Both the position numbers and the translations under genes were made by a program. Positions 11,633-23,300 of a DNA stretch of 64,000 nucleotides are shown one piece after another; the first letter of the stretch is position 1; each line of letters starts with the position of its first letter. This DNA comes from Lytechinus pictus (Eukaryota), in contig NC_087246.1 in the NCBI RefSeq assembly GCF_037042905.1, forward strand, positions 55,614,001 to 55,678,000, in the 5' to 3' direction. The notes under the pieces were generated by a model. The model did no database searches. It saw nothing but the letters and a program-made list of their open reading frames with translations, and was not told where the DNA came from.

Positions 11633-12299
11633 TCCCCTTCATCACTCTCGATCTCTGACCTTCGTCGGCCGCCCAAAACAAACAAAGCTTTAGGGGATCA
11701 GCTAGCTGACCGCATGCAATGAACAATTTTTTTTTTTAAATTGCATAACAAAGATCAAAGTTCTCCCCCTCAGGCCTAACCCTGCTCGAACCATGCTGGA
11801 GGAAGAGATGTTGTACTCTCACCACAGAAAGTGCTAAGATTGATGAAAGTGTAATTATTGTCAGATATTATTAAGTGTGAGATAAATGTGTCTTGGGGGT
11901 CAAAGTTCAAACTAATGAACAAAATCATCTACATGTACATGGACTAACATTTTAAATAAACATTAAAATTGTAACAATTCGATTGTGCTTATATCTTTCC
12001 CAATTATTATTGATATAATTATCTGTAAATTTGTATTGTTAATCATCAAAATATTATGAAACAACGATTGATTTATTTACTCATCTGAAGTATTTCTGTC
12101 ATGTTTTATTATTGTTTTGTATAGTATGTGCGATATTTTGCTATGTTCAGTATTAAAAAAAATTAAAATTGAGGTAGGGGAATGGAGAGAGAGAGGGGGG
12201 GGGGGGGGGTTGAGGCCATGAGGGAGAGTGGGAGGAAGTACTGGTTTGACAAGAAACCAGCTTACCCAGAATTATCAAGAACGGCGATGTCTTAATATT

Positions 12300-12440
12300 C
12301 TCATGCTCGATGTCAAGCTAACTTCTGAGAGAATGTTTTCTCTTGCTGGAAACGATTTAACAAAGAAAAGGTTTGCGATGAAACCCAACAACCTCCACAA
12401 GTTGGCTATTATTAAGGTAAACTGGCAATTTCTTCAATAA
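12300..12440 (+). pseudogene. hAT transposase C-terminal dimerisation-domain remnant
   Basis: SERMFSLAGNDLTKKRFAMKPNNLHKLAIIKVN matches the hAT SERxFSxAG...R..L motif. Confidence 0.75.
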
Positions 12441-14317
12441 TAGGTTATATTTTGTTCGTCTTCCTCTTCTTCAACCTCTACTTCTTTTTTCTTCTTCTTC
12501 CCCTTCTACTTCATCTTCCCTTCTTCTTCCAAATTCTTCTTCTCGGTTTTCATGTACTTCTCATTTTGCGTTATTTAAAATCAGTCTATTTAGGTACCTT
12601 TATCGCCATTGTATTTCCCTGTTCACTCTATCTACCTTGCCTTAATTTACTCACATATTCTATACAATATGGTAATCGCCTTCGGCATATTGATCCTTTT
12701 CTATTAATTACATGAACTTGTTTTCAATAAATTTTGATTATATTGATCCCTAAATATTTTATTTTATTTATTAGAGGTTAATTGCAATGGTTTGGAATGC
12801 TACACTACACTTTGTGGTAATTATGGATGTTACGTCCTGTTATACAATCGAAAGATGTGTTGTCTTATTGATCTATGTATATTTCATTTACTGAATTAAG
12901 TTACTATTTCATTTACTGACTTAAGTTACTAATATTGCATTATATACGGCCCGATCAAACTATTTAGACTCATAAATCATTTTAATTGATTTTTTAAAGA
13001 TAATGCTGCTATGAAATTATACAAATCATTTGATAATTTACTATATTCATTCCAAATATGGAGTGTAATAAAATTCTTAATTTCTCATTAATTACAACAT
13101 CTTTATTGATTCCTCTTTTAATGCATAGAATTTTAGGGCACATTCTATACAAAAAACGAATGTCCCTAAACGTAAGTTGAGCTGTTTCTGTTTAATATCA
13201 TACCCCAATTCTCCATATAATTAAATAACATGTATGAACAATAATATTGCTCTTGACAAGAATTGGGTCAGTGTTTGGGAATTTAGTTTGATACTGAATG
13301 GACAGCGGAAATGCTAATATGAATTGAATTCGATTACAAACATTTTTTTTTTTGGGGGGGTACAAAATCTTACAAATTTAGAATCAAGTAACTTGAATCA
13401 TATTTGATTGCATCATGTACATGTATCTCGTACATGTCATAACATCGAAGATCATGTGTGTAAAAGTTTCATAATGTTCAAAGTGTGAAGAAAATGATAT
13501 CCACTCGTATGTGAAGAAAAGGTTATTAAAATGTTTTTTTTTTGTTATGTTGAACTACATGTAGTTGTGTGTTTTCTTAGAATTAATAAAGGGAGTTTTC
13601 ATTTCCCCCATGCACCCACGACACGTCTCAAGAACATAGAGCATCTATTGTCAAAAGCCCTTCTGTCAAAAACTGGTAAATCAAAACATCAGTTTTCGTC
13701 TTTGACTCCAGACAAAATTTTGAATTTGCCTGTCCTGTGTGCACATGATATATGCACAATCCCTGGCTCCGTGGAGAGTAAGCACACATTGGTGAATGAT
13801 TCTTACTATCTAGGAGCCTCCTAGCTACCCGCCAGTGATGCAGTTGATTGCACAATTCAATCAAAAGTTTGGGGGAAGCAAGTACCAAGGCCAAGTAAAT
13901 GTATATGTTGGGAAAATTAGCTAATAAGATTTGACTAGGTAAGATACTGTTCCTGGAAGTGAGCCAGCTACATGTACACTGTATCTTGAAGAGGAAAACC
14001 TGGAACTGAATATAGAGGCATACTATGCTTGCATTCAAAATCTTTTCTACGTATCCCAAGGTGTTACAAATCATTGTGTAATGTGCATGTGTGTGATCTC
14101 AACAACTATCTCGCCATTTTCAATCTAACAATGCAGGGTTTGACATTCTCTAATTTCATGGGAAAGAACTTGGAATCACAGCATCCAGCTTTTTTATAGT
14201 ATTAGAACTTTAATTTTCTAAAGATGTCACCAATTTTATCTTGGGATGATGGAATTTTGTTTTTTGTTGCTTGGTGAAAGGAAGGCAAATATTATGAACT
14301 CTATTTTTTTTTTACAG

Positions 14318-14398
14318 AGGAAAATGGATAATTGGTCATCAGGAAAGCAGAAGTTTCTACCCTACCTTATGCCACCTGATGCAGGTTTTGAGCCTTTA
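14318..14398 (+). CDS. FTO: FTO exon 2 ([27 protein letters not shown])
   Basis: tttacag acceptor, GTAAGT donor; LPYLMPPD matches human LPYLTPKD; internal ATG at 14324. Confidence 0.88.
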
Positions 14399-17300
14399 GT
14401 AAGTAAATGTTTATTGGTTATTTCATGAACTTGTTTTAACATGATATTTGATTTGATTCCATGTTTTGTCATATCACTGTCAAAATATTTTTGTGAAACA
14501 AATATTACCAAGTTTTTTAATAGAAATGCTAGAAACTGGAGAGCACAATATAGGGAGCCATTGCCAGATAGCCACTGAATGAGTAAGCTTCCAATTAATA
14601 AAATATTTGTAACAATCCTCTTCATCTCCATCCCTTTTTACTGCAAAGTTGAAAACACTGAGGACAATAATTGTTTCCTCTGAAATCAACTTATCTTGAA
14701 ATGATTAGCTTAAGGTTATGATGGGTTGTGATACCTTTGGATAATTGGCATAAAATTAATGAAAATATTCCTGTGTTATGTGAATTCCTTGAGAATTATG
14801 CTAGATATCCCCTGATATTCCACTCATAATTTCTGGTTAATTTTTTATAACATTCCAATGATTGCATACCAATTCACACTGCATTTTTTCCTTTACATGG
14901 GAAATATTATTTTTGTATGCAGAGAGAAGAAAAATATCCTGACTTTGTTCACCAACCAAGCTCGGAGATTTCTGAAGACCTTGCCCATGATGTAGCATGG
15001 GCTTTCAACAAGTTGGAGTCAGAGGGATTCTTCTATCGCCATTGGGTGGTTGTTCAGGGCAAGCATGTACTGACTCCTGTTTCCAGGACCCTAGTGGGTA
15101 ACCCAGGCATGACTTACAGGTATCTAGGACTCCGAATATTTGCCCTTCCCTGGACCTTCGAGGATAGAAAGGAGCTTAGTGAGGTAGAGAAAGCATGTAG
15201 TATCATTGGCAGATTGAATCAGTACTTGAAAGCAACATCCTGTGCGATATTGAAGGAAAGACAGGTAGATGTCCCAATCCAAAATACAAAAATGGCAAAG
15301 AGGACAGATGAAGGAACCGGAAGTACTTTGGAAAGCAAAGATACAAATGTGGAGGACATTGAGGAAAGGTCAACTGAAAGATTAAGAGATCATTCTGAAA
15401 ATAATGTGAGAACTGGTGAAGATTCTGAACAAGGCAACGGTCCTAGAGGCGAAGTACAAGGCTCGGGAGACAGTATCAATGCTCCAGGAGATTCTTCAAT
15501 GATAAGCAGTGGGAGTGGTTCAGGTGATGCACCTAAGGAGGATATTTACAGAAACAAACGAAAGAGGCAAGAAACAAGAGCCAAGACAATGGACGAAGGA
15601 ACAGATTTCAACGTGGCCCTGATCAATTACATGGACCCACTGAATCCAGAGCTGAGTCTTAAACCAGAACCCTACTATGACCTAGGCCCACTAGCTGTTC
15701 CTTGGCACATGGATGGCAACCTTGTCCGAGGGTCTACTGTAGCGGTCTACAGCTATATCTGTGAGTCTGCATATGGGGCAGGTAGGTGTTGATAGAGTCA
15801 CCATGGAGCAATTCAGCTTGCATGAAAAGAGAAAAATGAAAGAATAATATCAATGAAAGTTTGAGTAAAATTGGACAAACGATGAGAAAGTTAAGAGCAT
15901 TGAATGTTGAGATCCCCCTATTGACGGAAGCTTGATCCGCCCCTGACCAAGGCTATGTATTTGAAATGGACCTATTTCATTAATCTTAGACAGAAAGTAT
16001 TACTAATCATCATGAGTTGCAGGTCACATGATCAAGGCCAAGGGTCATTTAGTATTTTATTTCCCCCCCTCTATTTGAAATATAAATTACTAGTAATCTG
16101 AATTCTTCTCAAAGTGAGCACTGCTGCTATTTTGAACTGTGTAATGCAGGTGAGACTTCCAGAGGCTTTCCACCTGTTTGATTAGGTGCATCAATGAAAT
16201 CTTATCCAAAGTAAAGTTTTTGAAATGTCATAACTTTGAAAGTATATCGTACTTTTTTATGAAAACTTTGACATAACGTTGTCAAGTATTACTGATCATC
16301 TTGCATGAGTTGCAGGGTACATGACCAATATCAAAGGTCATAGTGTCAATTAACTTAGTTTTTTATCATCATATGAATGGTGTTTTTATTTTTCAAGTCA
16401 GCGCTGCTGCTATATCAAATTGCATAATGCAGGCGAGACTGCCAGAGGCATTCCACTTGTTCTCTTTTATGTGTATTCAACAATAACCAGAAAAATTTAT
16501 TGACAAGACAGGAAATTCAAACAAACAAAATTATATGTACAAAACTTTGGTTTTAATGTTACATAATAAAGTTTGTTTCATTGAATAAAATATTATATGC
16601 ACTTTTAATCTTATATGTTCAGTTTACTTTCTGTAAGACTTCAAGTTCAAGTTTTATTAAACCAATCAAACAAGAGACATATTATACAGTTTAACAAAAA
16701 ATGAGAATACATGATAGGTTTGGGACCCCATAGAAGCAGAGCTTGTGAGAGGGGCCCCTTATATCGAACGTAACAACAAGAATGTGATGTAAGATATATA
16801 CAATGATAATCTAGAGAGTAAATAAGAAAAATACAGACAAAAGTCCCCCCCCCCACACACACACGCCCAAATATATTGTTTATCAAGATTCAATTTAAGA
16901 TATTTTGTAATCTTTCAAATATATCTTTATTCTTATATTTTCAGAGAAGAGTAGAAATTGGATGATAGGTATCAACAAACCATGGGATGAGGTCACTCCT
17001 GCTTTAGCTGCCCCCCTAGCCTCTGGTGATGCATACTTCATGCTTGCAGATCTCAATGATACTCACAGGCATTGTGTCATAGCTGGGGATCAGCCAAGAT
17101 TTGCCTCAACCCATAGGGTAGTAGATGTAAGTAATGAATAATTATGTGAAATAGCAGTTATGTTGGATATTGAAAATTTGATGGCCTCATATTGCATGCA
17201 AGAATATATTTCATAAGACATAAGTTGAGTGTATTCTTAAGCTCGTAATTCTCGCTACCCCAAATAGGACAAAAATCTCATAATGCGCGAGACGAGATAA

Positions 17301-20300
17301 TTTTCACTTCGTCGGGTCGTCATCACCACTTCCGGTTCAGAGTTATGCTCGCGCGAGGTTCGCGATACTGAGTTTTCCACCACGCTGAAATCGATGCCAA
17401 TCAGCGTAATATGTACAGATTATAATACGTTTTATCTAATTTGGTCAGTTTTTATTCCATTTGAATTATAAATAGAAATAAAAAATATATTTCACGTGAA
17501 AATGTGAAAGAGAGGGTTGTGATCACGAACTTTCCGAGCGAAAGCGACGTTGTGTTGTTGTGCATGACGGCACTGTTGATCTGAATGGCAAAACAGTGCA
17601 TTGGACTTCCGATCAGGAAGTTGTAATACCGAAAAGCTATCCCATAATGCAATGCGCGTTACAGGGATTTTCCCGGATCTCGGCGAAATCGCTATTTGGG
17701 GTAGCGAGAATTGGTACATGTATGTATGCCAAAATAATACAAATGGGCTTCGAGCTTAATACAAGCTATTTTAATAAATTGCATTTTAGTCTTGTGTAAG
17801 TAATTTTTTTTCTTTTGGTATGGAAACATCAAGTTCATGTGACCATTGCAGACATTTTTTGGCGGTTCCTCGGCCCCCAAACACCAAATCACTCTCTTCT
17901 TTGCGTGTATGTTTGAAACACCCCTCCTTAATCTGTTGGGATTTGATCTTCTGAACAGAGTGGCCATGGGACCCTAGCTTACATCCAAGCACGATGTCAG
18001 TCAGCACTGGAGAATATCATCTATGAATCGGTTGAAGGAGGAGAACAGGGGTCTGATGGGAAACCAGCACTGAGAAGCCTAGATTCTGCGGCTCTCCAAC
18101 TTGCTGAGGAAGTACACAATGAGGTAATTGGTCACATTGCGCCTAGTTAAAGGTCAAGTCTACCCCAGAAGAATGTTGATGTGAATGAATAGAGAAAAAT
18201 CATACTAGCGTAATGCTGAAAATTTCATCAAAATCGGATGTAAAATAAGAAAGTTATGACATTTTAAAGTTTTGCTTATTTTTCACAAAACATTGATATG
18301 CACAACTGAGTGACATGCACATGAGACAGTCAATGATGACCCTCACTCACTATTTCTTTTGTTTTTTATTGTTTGAATTATACCATATTTCATTTTTTAA
18401 AGATTTGGTAAGTAGGACCAACTTGACTGAACCATATACTATTAAACAATACTAATTCCACATGTTCGGAGAGGAATTAATCGTTGTTTCACTTAAAAAT
18501 GAGGAGAAATTAGAATATTTCATGTAATAAAATACAAAAGAAATAGTGAGTGGATGATGTCATCAGTCTCCTCATTTGCATACCGACCAGGATGTGCATA
18601 TAACTGTTTTATGAAATCAAGGGTAAATCTGGTCAACTAAGTATCTCCAAAGCAGAGCTTGAGGAGCACTTGTCCAATACTTACTCGGATAATAAGAAGA
18701 CCATCCCGATGCCTCCAATTTCTGGCCTGGCCAGGCCTACTGAGCCGGGAGAACCCTTTGACCTTGCTGAGCCAAGGCTCTCAGAGGTTGTTAGCTTTTT
18801 GGAAAAGACAAGGACAGGTTCAGCACCAGGGCCTAATGGTGTCCCTTACAAGGTGTATAAGAAGTGTGGGAGATTGAGGAAGTTCTTATGGCGTCTTCTC
18901 AAGGTAGTTTGGAGGCAAGGTGTTGTCCCAGATTCCTGGTGTAAAGCTGATGGTGTTTATATTCCTAAAGAGGAGAACTCCACTTCACTAGGTCAGTTTC
19001 GGCCTATCTCCTTGCTTAATGTTGAAGGGAAGGTCATGTTTGGTATTTTGGCGAAGAGGATTTCTTCCTTTGTCGTTGATCATGGTCTAGTTAATACCTC
19101 TGTGCAGAAGGCCGGGATCCCAGGTTTCCATGGGTGCCTAGAGCACACCAGTATGATATGGCAGACCATACAGCAGTCAAAGAAACTGCGACGGAACCTT
19201 GCAGTTGTGTGGCTTGATTTTGCCAACGCATATGGCTCAGTTCCGCATGCATTGATAGAGTTTGCGATGGATTTCTTGTGGATTCCCCCTCGGGTAACCA
19301 GGTATGTGATGCAGTATTTCCAAGGTTTTAAGATGAGGTTCTCTACTCAGCAGTATACCACAGACTGGCAGAGCCTGGAAGTTGGTATTCCAATGGGATG
19401 TGCGATTTCTCCCATTTTGTTTGTGCTTATGGACGTCCTTGTTAGGTCTGCTGGAGGATTCGGATGTGGTGTGACATTCCCTGGTGCAGAGGAACTACCT
19501 CCAATTCGTGCATTTATGGACGATCTCACTATTCTCTGTCCAAGTACGAAGGCTACTAAGGAAATTATGACTAGGCCCGAGGAATTAATGGATTGGGGAA
19601 GGATGAAATTCAAGACGAGGAAGTCGAGGAGCCTTGTGTTGAAACGAGGTAGGCTAAGTGATTTTCACTTCCTGTTGTGTAGGGAGGAGATCCCATCTAT
19701 ATCCAGGATGAGCCGGTTAAGAGTTTAGGCCGTTGGTATACCGAAGACCTGAAAGATGTAGGAAGAATTAAGGACACTGAGGAACAGATCAGGAAAGGTC
19801 TGGAGTCAATTGATAAATGTGGCCTCCCAGGCAAACTTAAACTGTGGTGTCTTCAGTTTGGGCTGATGCCACGCATCATGTGGCCATTAACTGTCTATGA
19901 GATAGGTTTGTCGTATGTCGAAGCCATGGAGCGTAAGATCAATGTCTATGTTAAGAGGTGGCTGGGTGTTCCAAATTCTCTGACCAACATTGCTCTCCAT
20001 AGTACTGAGACAAAGTTGAACATCCCCGTCAAGTCATTGGTCGAAGAAGTCAAGGTGACGAAAGCAAGATCTTTTATGATGCTTCGTGATTCTAGCGATC
20101 CTGTCATTAGAGATTACCAGCCTGATGTGAAATCGGGAAGGAAGTGGCATGCTGATAAGGCAGTGGAAGAGGCTGAGTCGAGACTGAGGCACAAGGAGAT
20201 GGTTGGTGCTGCCCAAACCGGTCGTTTGGGCCTGCGCTGGACTTCTACCAAGAGGTGGTCAGCAGCTTCAGCCCGGGAGCGGCGCGACCTCATTGTGCAG

Positions 20301-23300
20301 GAGATCAGAGAGGTTGAGGAGGAGAAGAGATGGGCCACAGCAGTTGGCCAGGCCCAGCAGGGCTCATGGACGAAGTGGGAGGGGGCGGAAGCCAGAAGGT
20401 TGACATGGTCTGTACTTTGGCAGATGGAGCCACTTCGTATCTCCTTTGTTGTTCGCTCGACCTACGATCTTTTGCCTACGCCTGTTAACCTCAGCAAGTG
20501 GTATAACGAGCCTGATAAGTGTAGTGCTTGTGGAGGGAGAGGTACCCTTCAGCACATACTTAGTGCCTGCGAGGTTAGCCTGTGTTGTGGGATGTATACT
20601 TGGAGGCATAACCAGGTCTTGAAGGTTGTTGAAGAGGCGGTTACAAAAAGGGTGACATCTCATGATTCTGGGAAGGGTGTTGCAAATGGGGGTATGCCCC
20701 ATATTGATTTTGTGAAGGAGGGGGCTAGGCCAAGATTAAAGGCAAGGTCTACGAGGCCCAGTATCTTGTCCTCAGCTCGTGATTGGCAGGTGAGAGTCGA
20801 CCTGGACGGAAAAGGGAGTTTCCCACAGCATGTGATGTTTACAAATCTCCGCCCCGATATTGTTTTGTGGACTGACTCTGCAAAGGTAATAGTTTTAGGA
20901 GAGTTGACCGTCCCTTGGGAGGATAATTTTGACTATGCCTTTGAGCGCAAGCTCACAAGATATTCTGAACTTGTGGCAGAGTGTACAGGCAAAGGCTGGA
21001 AGGTGTTTTGCTTCCCCTTTGAGGTTGGTTGTCGTGGGTTCATAGCAAAATCATTGTCTAGGTGGTTTCGGGAGTTGGGTTTCTCAAATAGAGAGAATAA
21101 GCATGCTTGTAGGGCTGCTTCTGAGGCAGCAGAGAAGGGTTCTGCTTGGATTTGGACCAAGTATGTCCAAAGGAAGAGGGTGACCAGCAATTAAGCAACT
21201 TCTTTTTGTCGTTTATTTCTTTCTTTCTTCCCCCTTTTTTTTCCTTTTCTTTCCCTTTTTTTCCTGTTACCAGCGGGGAAGGTGGTGCTTTGCATTGCTG
21301 GCCCACCACCAAGAGGGAGTATTGTTTCTAACGGGCCGAAACTCCCAGTGACTGGTGGAAAACAACTGAGGATTCCCCCTGGTAATGCATGAGGCAGCGT
21401 TCTCATGTTTGTTTAACTTTTATGAAATCAAGGAAACTTTAAAATGTCATAACTTTCTTATTTTACATCTGATTTTGTTGAAATTTTCAGTGTTTTGCTT
21501 GTTGCATTTTTTTATTTTTATTCAAATCAACTTTTTGTTGGGGTGGACTTGTCCTTTATGAAATTAATTTTTGTAGTATACAATCGATGTTCAATTGTCT
21601 GCTCCCACAAACAATCCTTCACATGGCTTACCCATACAATGAGATAAAGGTCTCTTGCAGAAAGAGTTGTATTTATTTCCATCTCTGAAAATCAGACGCA
21701 AGTCCCAAATGAGTTCTGATTGGTTGACAATCAAGGTGCTTTTGAATATTCATATTGATTTCAGCTCTTGTTATTACATGCCCCATATTAATAAAGTGCA
21801 CTTTATTCAGAAAAGGCACGACAAAACTCGGCAAAATATCATGTACTGTCTATACGTGATTAGACTAAAAGCCCCATACACTTCCAAGAGACTTCTAAAT
21901 CCTCTATAGGTTTAATCCAGAGTGATTGTGTTATCGTCCGTCAGAACTCACCTATTTCAGCAGATGTGTAGTAATTAGCATCATTGATTGAGCCTGTGCC
22001 TATGAAAGTTTTTAACAGAAATATGGCACAATATTCATGCTGTAGATCATCACTATCATGAGATAAAGTGCCTCATTTATGTTATATTATTTACGTCAAA
22101 TCTCTAGTTCTAGAACCAAATTTGTATTGACAAACTTGTGAGTGAAAACACAAATCAATGTCATATTAGTATCATTTTGGCAAAGCAGAGTCATAAATAA
22201 TGTTGCAAGAGTTTGTATGTACTCATCTTTTGATCTCCCCCCCCCCAAAAAAGAAAACTTTGCATTGAACTTCGTGATGTCTCTACATGTCTTTGTAGCA
22301 AGGATACCCCCAAAATGTTGGATCCAGTAACCATCACCGTCACTAAATTTCACTGAGCTTTGATGTGCCATTGTTGCACCATCACTTAGCAATACTTTTG
22401 TCATGGAGAGCTCAAGAAATTATCCATTGTTCTTTGAAAGATGTTGTAATATAAAAAGAAATAATTTAGATATGTATTTTTTTCCCGTTTTATGTATGTT
22501 TTATGCTAAAAGAAATTGTCATGTTTTGAAGAAAAATCTGGACATTCATTCACAGTAATGTATTTTTTTTTATAAATTAAATTTTAAATTGAAAAGTTTT
22601 CCCTATCCAAATCATTGTGTTTTGATTAACACGCTTATAAAGTACATTTACATAGATTATATAGAATAGGCCTACCTTGGAATAAGCTCTACCTCATTAT
22701 ACCTGTGGTTGTACTTCACATGTTATTAGGTTGAATTTGAATGGCTGAGACAGTTTTGGATGCAAGGTTCTCATCATGCTACGGAGAGATCATTCTGGAT
22801 CAAACCTATGGAGGATTTAGAACACTCTTGGGAATGTATGGAGCATATGGTAAGTCTACATATTTAACAAACTATTGCAAAAAATTAATCAATTGTAGAT
22901 CCCTCCCCAAAAAAATTATATTATTAATCATAAATATTCTGCTTTGATGTAGCAATTGATACATCAGAATGATGCTTCATGTCTTTTAAGCATTTTAAAT
23001 GATTACCCCGGTCATTGCATTTTGACTTGCCCATACACAATGTTTACTATTTCTCCATTCCTTGGGGAGCATGAGTTTTCAATTGCTAGGCTTACTAAAT
23101 TGACTTTCGCTTCCCCCCTGTTACCCATTTAACACCTGGGTGACGAGTGGCAAAGTGTGGAGTGATGCTTTCCTGAAGGGTACAAACTTGCATTTGATTG
23201 CTGATCTTGTTCTTGTAATAAAATGTTCCAATATAATTGCTTTAGAGTGACTAGTAGTTGATCAATTAATTCCAGTTTTAATTTGATATTTACAAGTTGA

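Larger units (their letters stand above)
18151..21555. mobile_element. TTAA-targeting (Kolobok/piggyBac-like) MITE split by the HERO insertion
   Basis: TTAA|AGGTCAAGTCTACCCC...GGGGTGGACTTGTCCT|TTAT; an uninterrupted sister copy lies at 33693-34255. Confidence 0.88.

Noticed and set aside
13531-14074. ORFs of 97 and 148 aa; faint KDZ-transposase-like words
   Set aside because: No convincing motif, and the suggestive frame contains stops.
14917-15792. 291-aa ORF as a standalone gene
   Set aside because: It is FTO exon 3; its ATG lies in the acceptor (atgcag) and its end runs into the intron.
21315-21380. Hammerhead ribozyme in the HERO 3' UTR (GAAA and CTGAGGA present)
   Set aside because: Stem II cannot form (GGCC versus TTCC); treated as a 3' UTR stem-loop only.
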